Shown in pieces: positions 51,858 through 64,000 of a stretch of 64,000 bases of DNA. Every line of letters starts with the position of its first letter. Within the stretch, counting starts at the first letter, position 1. Location: assembly GCA_964016885.1 (NCBI GenBank), contig OZ024742.1, positions 125,054,001 to 125,118,000 of the forward strand. The letters run 5' to 3'. The notes under the pieces are model-generated. The model had not been told where the DNA came from, searched no databases, and saw nothing but the letters and a program-made list of their open reading frames with translations. This DNA comes from Eledone cirrhosa (Eukaryota). A program made the translations under genes and the position numbers.

Positions 51858-54590
51858 TTTCAAAATGGATACCAAACTTCTTTTGTGAGCTCAGCATCTG
51901 AGGGTTTAGTCATCGCCCTCAAATGCACCTTGTGTACATCAGAAAATGTCTTTCTGGTCGGATTTAGGAGATCAACAAAGTATTCTCTCCGCCTCGCAAG
52001 GATGCACCTCTCTGGAGATAGTAAAACCCCAGACGCGACCTTCATAGCGGGTTTGGATGAGGACGTCTTATTAAGAAGTCGGTGGGTGGACTGCCAGAAC
52101 ACTTTCTTTACTGATTTGAAGTCGGATTCCAGCATAACCCCAGAGTCCATCCATGTCTTAGCTGTGGGTGACTTTACTGTCTCTGCTGTGAATGTTCATA
52201 CCTCTTTGTACCACAAACGCAAGAAGGAAAATGTATTTCCAAGTCAAGCCTTGTAGGACTCGTCCTTTGGCCGGAGGGCATCTTTGACATTTGATTGAAT
52301 TAATATGTCCTGCTACCGTTCAGTACCACAACAAGCCTCTTTCGCCCGCAGCCCTTAACAGCTGAAGCAGAAACTGCTAAGTTGAACAATTTCTACTCCG
52401 TTTCAATGTCCTTAGTTTGCTCAGGGTGTTTCTCTGAAATTTGGATAAATATCTTCATACCTGGTCCTGATTTCCTTACCCACCAACACTTCCCCCCTTT
52501 ATCCTGAAGATCGGTCTTTACATGTCAGCTATCTTGGCTTCTTTGGCTTTTGGCAGTTTCAGGTTGCTGATAACTAGATGGTAATCAGTAGACAGTTTAG
52601 CCCCTATCTCAACACGAACATCCAGCACAGAATCGAAGAAATCGGACACAATAACAAAATCACTTCTTGATCTCTGACCCTGATTCCGCTTATACAATGT
52701 ATATTTGTAGATGCCTCCGTGCTAGAAAAGGTGTTCATAATAGAGAGTTCATTGTTATAACAGAAGTGTAATGCGGCCTCTCCATTCGTATTTAGATCGG
52801 AATCACTCCTTACCCTGTCAGGTGGTCTGTGCCAACTAGTTTGTTGAACTCTCCCATCAGGATATATGTCTTAACTACATCGAACGTTACAGGAATAATT
52901 TGAACTCGCACACCTTGTTTGGTGCATAAACTTACACCACAAACATAGATCGATCTTTCCGAAAAAGCTTCAAGAAGCAAATCCTCGCACCTGATGGGAT
53001 CCTGTCCATAACACATTCTGACTGCAGGGGGCTTCTGAGTCTCCCCTTCCCAAACCCTGCAGCCATTTCTGACGCCACACCTGAATAGTGGAGTTTCCAT
53101 CCTCCATCCAAATCTACACTACCAAAGCCACAGAACTGTGCTGAGGAAACTCTGGCTATATCTAGCCTGTATAATCTAGCCTCCTTCACTAGCTTCTGCC
53201 CTTACTGTTGGAGGTTTGATGTTAGAAGTTCCAATTGTCAAGGTTTACTTCCTACAAACCCTCTTTGAAGCCTCGGCATATGCAATTTTTGTGCGTTGAT
53301 CCCATGCCTCCCAAGACATGTGGCGGGCTATCGCTAGTTTTGCAGCATCAAATGGAGACTGAAATATATCTTTGGAACAGGACCCTCTACTTATAGCCTG
53401 AACCCGTCGCTTGTTTACCCGCGTGAAGGACGATGTGGTATGATACTTTAGTTACCTCTCACCATATTGCAGTTGTGGTGGTCTTATTTGCGCCAGTCAC
53501 AAATCTGGTACTCTCTCAGACCCTCGAAGATTAGGCTTTGTTACTAGCGACCTATACTCGCCCCTTTCTAACTACCTCCAAACTAGCTGATGAACAATGT
53601 GGTTTTTGTCCCGGATGTAGCACAGCAGACCAAATATTCAAACTACGGCAGTATTTTGTTAAATTGTTAGGATTGCTTTGTAGATCTTCAAAAGAAATAT
53701 GACCGCACTACATGGAACCTGCTGAGAAACGTTATGCAGGAGTATATGCAGGAGTATATGATCGATGGTCCTCTTCTTGATGTCCTGATTTCGTTAAACG
53801 CATGCCGAATAAATTGCGCTAAACCGAAACCATTCAATGTGATAGTCGGACTCCGCCAAGAGTGAGTAATGGTACCTCTCCGGATAATTATTTTCATGAA
53901 TAGGACTGTTATACGCACCCGAGTACGAAGAGGTAACAGAATTGGCTGGTGGACCATTAGTCGACTGGAATTTGATGATAACATGTTATTACTTAATTCG
54001 TCAGAAGGTGATCTCCGAAACTCACTTGATTGGTTACATGCAGAGTGCTGCATAGCTGGAATGAAAATCAGTGCTGCAAGGATTGTGTTCACGCGTGATT
54101 GAAGGCAAGTATTGCAGGAAATGCTGCAGTAATGCACGAACTTCAGCATTGGGTAATCAGAAGATGGGAGGTATGCGGAAAAGTCAAACTCGCTATCTTC
54201 AATTCGGTATTCCAGCTTATCCTTACCATTGGTAATGAAGCTTGGGTAATGACCGACAAAATACGATCGCTTAATACAAGCGGCCGAAACGGGTTACTCC
54301 GAATAGTCCTTGGAATAACGTTACACGATGTGGTCCGTAATTCGCGGATCAGGGAGTCACACCAGGCAGAGCCTCTACTACTCCGAATTGAGAGACCACA
54401 GCTCCGATATTAAGCATATGTGGTCAGTATGTATCAGAAAAGAATCGCACTGGACAGATCTTATGTGGAAAACCAGCCAGCAGAAGACCCAGAGTAGACG
54501 TTGAGCAACATTACTGGATAACATCCAGAAGCTTGGCCGGTTTCACTTGAGTATTCAGCCGGATCCATTTGAGACGGTTGCTTCATGGTA
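51858..54590. mobile_element. Degraded RTE LINE with inverted 5' half (minus ~51858-53550, plus ~53560-54590)
   Basis: Minus: RLYRLDIA..GWKLHYSGV, LMGEFN, RRREYFVDLLNP. Plus: EQCGFCPG, GLRQE, LEFDDNMLL, LTIGNEAWVMT, LLLRIERPQLRY. Confidence 0.8.
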
Positions 54591-54928
54591 ACCACGTTGT
54601 TGGTGTGGAACGATGTTGTTGCCATGCAACTCAAAACATATACATTAGATTGGTAATGTTGTTTGGCAATAATGTATTGCTTACAATCCTTGTATAATCA
54701 AATTTTTTAACAAGAAAAATCAAAGAAATATGATCCTTTTATATCCCCCTCCCCCCATTAAACTCCTGATGCTTCCGTGGCAACGGGAAATTTTTCAAAA
54801 TCAGCTATGTGAACATCTGACAGGCTAAACCACCAAATTTCAGAGGAAAAGTTTCTCCCTTTGAAACATGACACCCTCCCGCCCGACATAATAAAGTTTA
54901 AAAATTCTATAAAAATTGTATGCCATAT

Positions 54929-55100
54929 AATTCTTTCTACTTCTTGGCACAAGGCCAGCAATTACTCAGTGTATTACTGGTACTTTATTTTATCGACCCC
55001 ATAAGGATGAAAGGCAATTTGAACTCAGAATTGCAAGAGCCGTAACTCTGTGCGTTAAAGCATGGCGTCCGAACCTCTACCGATACTGCCAATCCACCGC
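54929..55100 (-). mobile_element. tRNA-derived SINE copy
   Basis: Reverse complement of 2635-2823 with a small deletion. Confidence 0.85.
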
Positions 55101-57949
55101 TCTTTTATGTCATATAATGTGATTAAAAAAAGCTTTGAATTATAATTACAACCCAGAGATAAAGAGAGCATACTCGACTTTAGTACTGGACTGGAGTTTT
55201 ATTTATAGACACAAAAATTGTGTAAACCAATTTAACCTCGGTGGCGCAGAGAGATGGAAAAAATACGCCAAATTATTATATTTGACGCTCAAACAATTTT
55301 GTCAAACCGTGGCCTTAAGATCGTCTGGGATTTGATAAAGAATTTCTATTTCTAACGGTTGCCCCTATTATACAGAGATTCTTTCAAAAGAAATCTACCT
55401 GCTTGAGATGTATATGGTTCAGCCCACCTAATTGTAAATAAGCAAAAGAGTACAAATAACCTAATATGATAAGCTTGTCTTGGTGGTGTATGCATGTTGG
55501 GTTTCGAAGAGAAAATATAGACAAAATTGGAAATACCCACAGCTTAGGGTTTGTGTGAAACATGTAAGTAGATTGTTATAAAAAAAATTGTATAGTAGGG
55601 TTGACGACATGTTGATAATGAGGTGAAATGGTTGATTCTTTGTTGGTATTTGAGGATTGGCTTATACACTATTCTTACACAGTATTTTGAAAATCTGAGG
55701 TAAAAAAATGGTGGCGATGCAATAGAATAATGGATTATAAAACTTACCATTAAGCCAGTAGCACAGCAATGTGAATGAATATTCTCCAAATGGAGTCGTC
55801 AGTCTTACAATGGAATATTTTCTTACATTGATTTTTGTAATCATGACCAGAAAATAGAATTCTTAATGAAAGCAGCAATGAAGATTCCCAATACATATTA
55901 TTCTGACATACTTCACACACATTTTTATAAATTCAATCTATCAACACAGTTAACAAGATTCGGAAATTCCAATCTTCAGTGAATATCAACAACAAACGAA
56001 TATGTTTGGATTCATCCTATCATCACTGATTACAACAAGACCAACTTAAACAGCAACAGCGACTACGTTAACTCAAGCAATAAAACAACTACAACATCAC
56101 TGTTCTTAATACCACTCCTGAGAATGGTGTGGCAATGACAATAGCAGTAGCTAAATAAATAAACAAAACAAAATTGATAGCTAATGTAAAGTATTTCTAT
56201 CGTTATTTCTTGTAACATGAAAGATGATAGTAGCAGGAACTCCATCTATATTATAAACAACACAATCATATTTAAGATAACAGCTACAACACCATCCACA
56301 ATATTACTACAATAAATATTTGCATCATTATAGAAAATGGAATGGGCCCCTGTCAGTTTTAATAATAATGATTCCGTTGTTCAATCAGAACAAGAGCTTA
56401 AACTTAAACTTACTGGGCAAGTGATTGTGTATTCCACAGACAGTGTACTCATAATGAATTTCTCGGGGAGATTCAGCAAGTCAGTTTGTGAAAAGGTGAC
56501 CGTTTGGGTTAGAGGTGAACTAATCTGTTTCCGTCTACTCCATTACATATCTATAGTACTCTTTTACATTTTTACCAGTTCCAGCTGATGGGCTGAGCTC
56601 ATGTTGGGGCACCACCATTAAACGATACTTTACCAATATGCCAAGCTTTAGGATAGGACTCTAGATCCTATGATTAAGAAGTGAATCTCTGAAACATTCT
56701 ACTTTGTTGGTTCCTCATTATTGAATATAATGCAAACAACAACATCCATATTGATTGTTCTAATTTGTATCGGTGACAATAGCAATAAGAGCATCAATAA
56801 TCTGATTTGTATTCTGGCTAAAAAAATATATATAATAATAATGCATTTTAGCATCAGCATAAACCACACTTTCTTAGTGGAAGGGTGAAGCCGATCATAT
56901 TTACCCCTGTACTTCACTGCTACTTAATTAATCGATCGGATTGTCAATGTTTAATATTTCACTGTTTCTTATCATAATCAATCGATTGGAATGGCAAAGT
57001 CTACAAAGTGAAGAGATTTCACTAAATACCTTAAGATATTTCGCCTGAGGCTCTATAGATTTTAACATCCAGCACTCTACACCAGTCAACAACAATTATA
57101 ATATTTGAAGTTGCTTATGTTTGTAGGAAGTTACATATTTTTCGAAAGAGGACAGTCGTTTCATTACACTTTCCTGGTTTGCTTCCGACCATACTGGTAT
57201 AAAGGTTTCAATAGTTTTTTCGTTGACTATATGATGCTTTGTACCATTGACATCCAGTACTCCTTTAATCAATTTCTTTTAATCAGTTACACGCTTTGAA
57301 CGGTACATTACGTGTGTTTATTTTAAGTCACAAGCATTCATGTAAGGTTTGAAAATAAATGCAGCATCGGCATCCGCACTTACACTCAAACACACATACG
57401 CACTCAATAACAAACATACCTCAACTAGCAGAACTTGCTATAAATGGATCAAAGTGCGTTTGTGCTGCGGATATTCTTCAATAAGTATAGACTAGTTCAT
57501 AATTTAAATGAATAATTACCATATAGTTAATTCATGTCCAAGAACTCGCGATTACGATAAAGTGAAAATATTATTGAATATTCTTTTCTACGTGCAATTA
57601 TCTTTTACTGTTTAGTCAAGCGCGTAGGCAAATTTTCTCCTGGGACCAGAGCACATATCTTTTAAAGACTTCTAGATTGGTAATTTTAAGTGTACTTAAC
57701 CCAGAAACATGTGCTGCATATGTGTAACAAAAGGGACTCCACTAAGACCGCAAGGACAGTATATTGGTCTGTAAATGGTTGATGGATTAAGTTAATCCAA
57801 TAGACCAGAATCCTGTTTGAACTGAGAATGCAAGAGAGTGATTAATTAACACAAAGCATCCCGTCGAATATTCTTACTATTCCAGGAATTCAGCCCGCTG
57901 AATTGTCTATTTTATTGTGGAAATATAATCCTCCGTATGGAAAGCATTT

Positions 57950-58700
57950 TCCCTAGAGATGACCCATTTACCTAAATATTAGAAACATAGCGACGATATT
58001 GATAGAAATATTCGAAGGTTTGTTTTAATCCTTTAACATCTAAAGAAAAAATAATTTTGTATTTATTTGAAAATCTGATAATGATGTAATCAAATATTTG
58101 AAGATACAAAACCATCTTTAAATAATACATTCATGGATCTAAATACAACCTTTGATTGTTTTCACCCTTAGTTAAAACACTTACAAAACACCGTAAACCC
58201 GCATTGGTAACGTCCACTATACGAACCCCACCCTGCAATCCCGATGCCACTGACAGAGTGGTTCGGAAAACATTCAAACACGATGTATTTTCTAAATTCG
58301 CCCGCTCATATTTAAAGGGGAAATTAAGGTTTCATATACATGTTAATATAACAAACATTGTAATGCGACATGCACCTGCAAAGGAAGTCAAAAGAATGTT
58401 ATGAAGAAATATTGTGAACCTATTTCTATGATCACTCCGCTGAGTAATAAAGCTGTAAAATGCTGTATTTATGAGATGGCAGATGATGTTGAAAATACGA
58501 TAACTTCAGAAATTCAATAATTAAATTTCTCTATCCAGCTGCATGGGCCAATGTTTAGATGTTTTAATATTATCATAGTTTCTATAAATTACTGCTGTGC
58601 CAATGAATAATATATTATTGATGAGTTTCTCTTTCGCGAAATAGTTTAAAACTCAAAACCCTCTTAAGAATATTACAATGGTTACTTAAATCACACCAAA
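57950..58700 (+). mobile_element. Decayed hAT (Buster/Charlie-like) transposase remnant
   Basis: ~58434-58545 reads TPLSNKAVKCCIYEMADDVEN..FSIQL (LSNNTV.RRI.EMA.D..FSLQLDE motif). Confidence 0.55.
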
Positions 58701-58790
58701 CGGCATGGTGATGGAGTTAAACTGACCATTGACGTAGGTTTTAGCGTGGTGTGTGTTCAGAAGAGAAAAGTCAACATTCTTAATTACGAA

Positions 58791-59012
58791 ATAATGATTT
58801 CTGATTTAGGCAGCAAGCCAGCAATTTTTGTGGTGTGTACGGGCTCGATTAAATCGACCCCAGTGCGTGACTGGTACTTTATTTTATCGATTTCGTAAGT
58901 ATGAAAGGCAAAGTTAACCCCGGCGGGACTTGAACTCAGATCATAAAGGGCCACAACTGTATGCTGCAAAGCACGGAGTCCAACCCTCTACCGATACTGT
59001 CAATCCACCGCC
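58791..59012 (-). mobile_element. tRNA-derived SINE, longer subfamily
   Basis: SINE head, core and tail plus an extra GGGGTCGATTTAATCGA segment. Confidence 0.85.
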
Positions 59013-60879
59013 ATTGTTAAGAACGATATAATGAAACACAAGTAAAAAAAAAAGACTACATTGCAAGAGGTGATGAATCTGGTAAGCGGAATGTGGTAAG
59101 TTGGGGTCATGTTATGAGAGTGATGAATAGAGAGAAAGGTAGACAAGATAACATTGATTCAGCTCTGTGTTAATAATTAAGAGCAGGTGAACGCTACACA
59201 ACGGAAAAAGGATGGGGATATATACATATTTTCTAATTTGGTTGTCTGCACCTGACATACTCAAAATTACAAAATTTACCACCAACAAGGTTGTACATAT
59301 AATTATTCCTCATCTGGTACTGAAGGTTTCTAAACAATTTATTAGTATATATATGACTGTTATTTCTTTCAACTCGAGTCTAAAATATTTGTATCGCTCT
59401 CGTAAAAATCCACAGATTTTGAGCCATTACTTCGTTCAAGTATCTCCCTCGTGAATAGTCGATCAGTTTTGATTCAAATTCTAACACGCGTTTGGTTCGT
59501 TAATTTCTTTCAAAATTAGTTCTGTATGACGGGAACACTTCATTGGCAAGTTTCCGTTCAATATTTAAATATTTAATTCCTTTTGTGTCATTTTCTCTGT
59601 CATTCCATACGAATATTTCAATGGTGGAAATATATTGACAAGTCTACACTTTCCATTCAGTTAAACAATTATCAAAACCCTTATTCGTTTGCGGCTGCAA
59701 TAACTTCCAATATTTGCTTATTTCTTAAAGTGTCATCTGAATACATATACGTGAATATATGTATGTTTTTCTGTGCTCACTTTACTCAAAAATTAAAATA
59801 TAATGTACACAATACCACACATATTTTTAAGGACTTTATAAATTATATTTGGATCTATACAAACAAATACGTTTCAATTCACTTTTAATATATTCTTAAT
59901 GCTTTCATAAATGTGACATATTTATATCCCAAATTTCTCCATTTCTCTCCTTTTCTGCGACATTTGTTTAATCTTTCTTTATATCTAATTTCTCATTCTT
60001 TGATAATACCTAAAGTAGTGTGTGACAATAATAACATTAAATCCGAGATAGTGTTTACTGAGTATCAAAAGGTTTTGAAATTAATTCTAAATTTTGCACA
60101 ATACAACACATTTTGGGGAATGTATATAATCAATAAATCCAGTCTTTGTAATTTAATGAAGCATCGAGTTGACTGAATCATTAGAAATTCTGAGCGAATG
60201 CCTTGTGTTCCTCATCTCCGCACTCTGGGTTCAAATTCTTGAAGGTTCTACGTGGAATTTAAATTCTGCATTTGATGATGAATAATGTAGTAGTCAAATA
60301 CTGAGGTGGATTCGTATCTCTTTTCCTTCCTGTGTCTTTTTCTTATTTCTTTTCTTCCCGTCACATAATAAACTGCTTTACGCCGTATAACAATTAGCCA
60401 GATGATGCTCACAGGAGCTGAACGGTGGCGTAGACAACTTTTTGTAAACCGTTCAAGAACGATACGGAGTATTATACTATACGGACATTCATTAATGAAG
60501 AATAATTGATTGGCATTTATGTAATCACTTGAGGTAGCATAATGAGAGGATAAAAGAAATGTTGTCCTCGGTGGAATCACATATCAGAAGGTATTTCATC
60601 TTTCGCCTAATTAAATGGTACGTGGCATTTTGCCCAGCTGTCTGTCGATTCTACCAAACTCCAGGGACTGACTACGGTTATTGATAACAACAGTATTACC
60701 GCTAACATTTATATTATGTAAATTTCTAGAGCCACTACAGGAGTTATGACAAATTACTAGATTAAAAGGAGGAAAACATAAAATAATCAGATTAACACGG
60801 TGAGACCAGAGCAAATAACAAACCAGAGTGTCGAGGGAGGAAAGGTTAGTGATAAAGAGATAGACAAATATCTAGACAC

Positions 60880-60940
<61 letters not shown>

Positions 60941-60946
<6 letters not shown>

Positions 60947-61465
60947 TAACAGATTAACGTTTAAGAAAAGAATCGCTGCTTTCACCCTTAACGGGATCTT
61001 CTGAAACTAACAAAGTCAATCTGTAAACGCAGAACTGGATATTTCAAAAAACGTTGCAACCGGAGGAAGACAGGAAGACGATACTTTGGTTCATGGTGAC
61101 GTTCGCTGGCAAAGAACGGGAAAAAACGAATAATACGTCATTAATAGGAGCGGTGAAAAACAATTACGCGCAAAGACAGAACCACGTTTATGGTATAAAA
61201 GAGGTCGTAGACTAATGTTCTCTTAGGTGGTGCATAGAGACGTTCTCTGGCAATGAACGGAAAAACGAAGATAATAAGGCATATGTGGTGCGTGGAGAAC
61301 AATAGCACGCAAAGACAAAACCACGTAAATGGTATAGCAGAAGTCGTAGACTAAAATTAATCTCCGCTACAGAGTTAAGAACAAAGCTCTACGGTTCTTA
61401 TATATTTGATATATATGTTCCTTATCGAGCCCTCTTTGGATTTTAGTCTTCAATTTTATTATTAT
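60941..61465 (-). mobile_element. Short non-coding element between (TA)n tracts with internal ~140-bp tandem duplication
   Basis: Both ends match the internally deleted copy at 41290-41408; duplicated units at ~61098-61215 and ~61239-61354. Confidence 0.7.
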
Positions 61466-61511
<46 letters not shown>

Positions 61512-61539
61512 CTTCAGTCTTTCTTATTTCTCATTCTTT

Positions 61540-61575
61540 CCTCTGATGAAGGAGATTACTTCCGAAACGTTAAGG
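61540..61575 (+). ncRNA. Minimal type I hammerhead motif (Penelope-type)
   Basis: CCT-CTGATGA-A-GGAG-ATTAC-TTCC-GAAACGTTA^AGG; the 150-bp element is flanked by (TA)n on both sides. Confidence 0.75.
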
Positions 61576-61653
61576 CCCTCTTCTTGCTATTTCAAGCGTT
61601 AACCTAATATATTCCTTCCATATACTTTACCGATTGTGTTATTTCTGTTTACA

Positions 61654-61690
<37 letters not shown>

Positions 61691-61692
<2 letters not shown>

Positions 61693-62372
61693 AACGAGTA
61701 GGACCCCGACGGCTGAGCTCAAGCCGTTTCCATATATGGTAAAAGTGATTCCATATATGGCAAAAGTGATTGTCACAAGGATTGGTCAAAAGTCCCACCT
61801 AGTAAACCTTTCTTTAGTCTAGCAGTGCGAGTGAGAGACTTGATAGCTGTCCTTAGGTTATAGTAACCAGAAATTGTTTTTTTTTTATATTTAATTGTTT
61901 TTTTAACATTCTCGGTATTTTTCTAGATATTTACCCCATATTATTTTACTTATTGTTTCGACTTCCACCCTCTCCCCCTTCCTAGTATACTTCCTTGACC
62001 TCCTGTCCTGCTGTAGTTGGCACTATCAACGCTCGACTGGGTTACCTCCACCCCCTCTCCCTCTTTCTTCTACTGGAAGGTTCAGCTACCCCTTCCTTCC
62101 ACAAATTGCCATGATAGAATTATGTGTCTCAACAACAAACTTTTAACCAATCCTTGTGACAATCACTTTTACCATATATGGAATCACCCCACGAGAAGCT
62201 CGGCTATTCATATACCAGGCTAAAAATGTTCATTTAGTCCAGAATTAGCCGTCGAAACGGCTGAGCTCAGCCGTCGGGGTCCTACTCGTTCCTATTACCC
62301 ACTCTACTACACTAAGTATTGAGTACTTTTGTGCGTTATGGTCCACCTGGTCCCTTACCACATTCCCTTCGT
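61691..62372 (+). mobile_element. Penelope-like terminal fragment with inverted partial repeat
   Basis: 61691-61730 is inverted to 62254-62292 and ~61745-61793 to ~62139-62186; (TA)n on both sides. Confidence 0.75.
62186..62280 (+). ncRNA. Hammerhead motif lacking CTG of the CUGACGA box
   Basis: ACCCC-[---ACGA]-GA..CGGCTA..TAGCCG-TC-GAA-ACGGCTGAGCTCAGCCGT-C^GGGGT. Confidence 0.65.
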
Positions 62373-62706
62373 TATATATATATATATATATAGGGAGAGA
62401 GAGAGACAAAGTCAATGAAAACACTTCTGAATAGTTATTTGGGAATGTATGGAGTAAACGACCAGGTATTTGCTTTCGAAATAGTTTTAAAGAATCTATG
62501 GCTCCTCTATTTGAATATATCGAACTGCTTGTATACGTGGTTTTAGTAATATTAGAAAGTGAACTAAACAAAGAGAACAAAATATGGTGACAATAAAGAT
62601 GATTGGTGATGATTATGTTGATGAGGTAGGAAATCGTGGCAACAGCGGTGGTGATGATGACGATGGGTGTGATGATAATGATGATGATTATGATAATAAT
62701 AGTAAA

Positions 62707-63167
62707 AATTGTTTCTAATTTTGGCACAAGGCCAGCAATTATAGCAGTACATTACTGGTACTTTATTTTATCGCCGGCCTTTGGTTTCTTATATAGGCAC
62801 GAGGCGAGCAATTTTGGGGGAGAGGAAAGTCTATTAAATCTACCGCAGTGCATGACTGGTACTATATTTATCAACGCCGTAAGGATAAAAAGCAAAGTGA
62901 ACCTCGGCTGGATTTGAATTCAGATCATAACGGGCCGTAACTCAGTGCTGCAAAGCATGGCGTCCACCCTCTACCGATACTGCCAATCCACCAGTAATAA
63001 TTGTTTCTACTTTTGGTACAAGGCAGGCAATTACCCAGTGCATTACTGGTACTTTATTTTATCGACTGCGTAAGGATGAAAGGCAAAGTTAACCTCGGCG
63101 GGATTTGAACTCAGACCGTAAACCATGCTAGAAAGCATGGCGTCCAACCCTCTACCGATACTGCCAA
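62707..63167 (-). mobile_element. Cluster of tandem/nested SINE copies (62707-62992 compound; 62999-63167)
   Basis: Repeated SINE tails, cores and heads on the minus strand. Confidence 0.85.
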
Positions 63168-63624
63168 CAATGATAGCGATACTGGCGTTTGCTAATGGAC
63201 ATAATGATAATGATGACATGGCCACAACAGTTGAAACAACAGCTCTAAAAAACAATGATATAAATGTAAACAACAGCAACATATATCATTATCTGCCACA
63301 CGTTCATCAAAATAATTTATTATAAAACAATACATCGCTGTTTTATTTATATCAAGCATATTCCCATTCCCTGTCTCTCCCTCGCTAACTACGCCCTCTT
63401 TTTCAGTCACACAAACGTTCAAACACACAAGTGTTCAAATATATACACATATAACAGCTATATATACAGATTCACTTAATAGAACCAGATTATATGGAAT
63501 CACGTGCACATATTTATATATATGGAAGTGGGTGGCATGTTTATATATATAATATTGATATTACTAATGATAATTAAAAAAATAGAAATAATTATGTTCT
63601 ATATTGAAAGGAAATCGGTATATA

Positions 63625-63658
<34 letters not shown>

Positions 63659-63740
63659 TATATACCGATTTCATTTCAATAATGAATATAATTATTTCTA
63701 TTTTTTATTACCATTAGTAATATCAATATTATGTTGTGAC

Positions 63741-63778
<38 letters not shown>

Positions 63779-64000
63779 CCATCACCATCATCGCCGTCAC
63801 AATGGACAATTCAATGTTTTTGTATATCTTTTGAATGATAGATCGCGCCCTCTCTATACAAATTGAGAAAATTACTTTGAATTTCTCGCCTGTTTACACT
63901 AACTTACAATGACACGTATATTTGCTTTTGGTTGTTATGCTGCCACTGCTTCTGTTAGCTTTATGTTCAGCTAAATCAAACGATACATTCAGACACAGTG

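Noticed and set aside
59400-59720. Mariner/Tc1 transposase end on the minus strand
   Set aside because: Only a very short resemblance (EVIAAA); no DD34D motif or TIR seen.
62235-62243. TAGTCCAG as a second Academ TIR
   Set aside because: Only an 8-bp match, on the wrong side of the element, and inside HHR stem II.

Overview
AT-rich eukaryotic DNA dense in microsatellites and transposable elements. It is most likely an octopod cephalopod, which I infer from a recurrent tRNA-derived SINE and the repeat landscape. I can support no host gene; most short ORFs in the track are microsatellite read-outs or antisense frames of TEs. Recognisable elements are a full-length but disrupted Tx1/L1-clade LINE with a 19-bp TSD at the edge of a 1-kb (TAC)n array, a young RTE LINE with an open ~760-codon frame plus a near-identical truncated copy, older RTE, R4/Dong, CR1-like, CRE-like and hAT relics, the 3' two-thirds of an AcademX DNA transposon, Penelope-type GIY-YIG fragments and about ten SINE copies. 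The main signal outside the ORF track is roughly 14 type I hammerhead ribozyme (HHR) motifs, intact or decayed, from many unrelated sequence families. They have palindromic stem III, are often followed by AATAAA, nearly all lie in short elements abutting (TA)n tracts, and several carry fold-back or inverted ends. All structures were threaded by eye, not computed, and TE boundaries are approximate.
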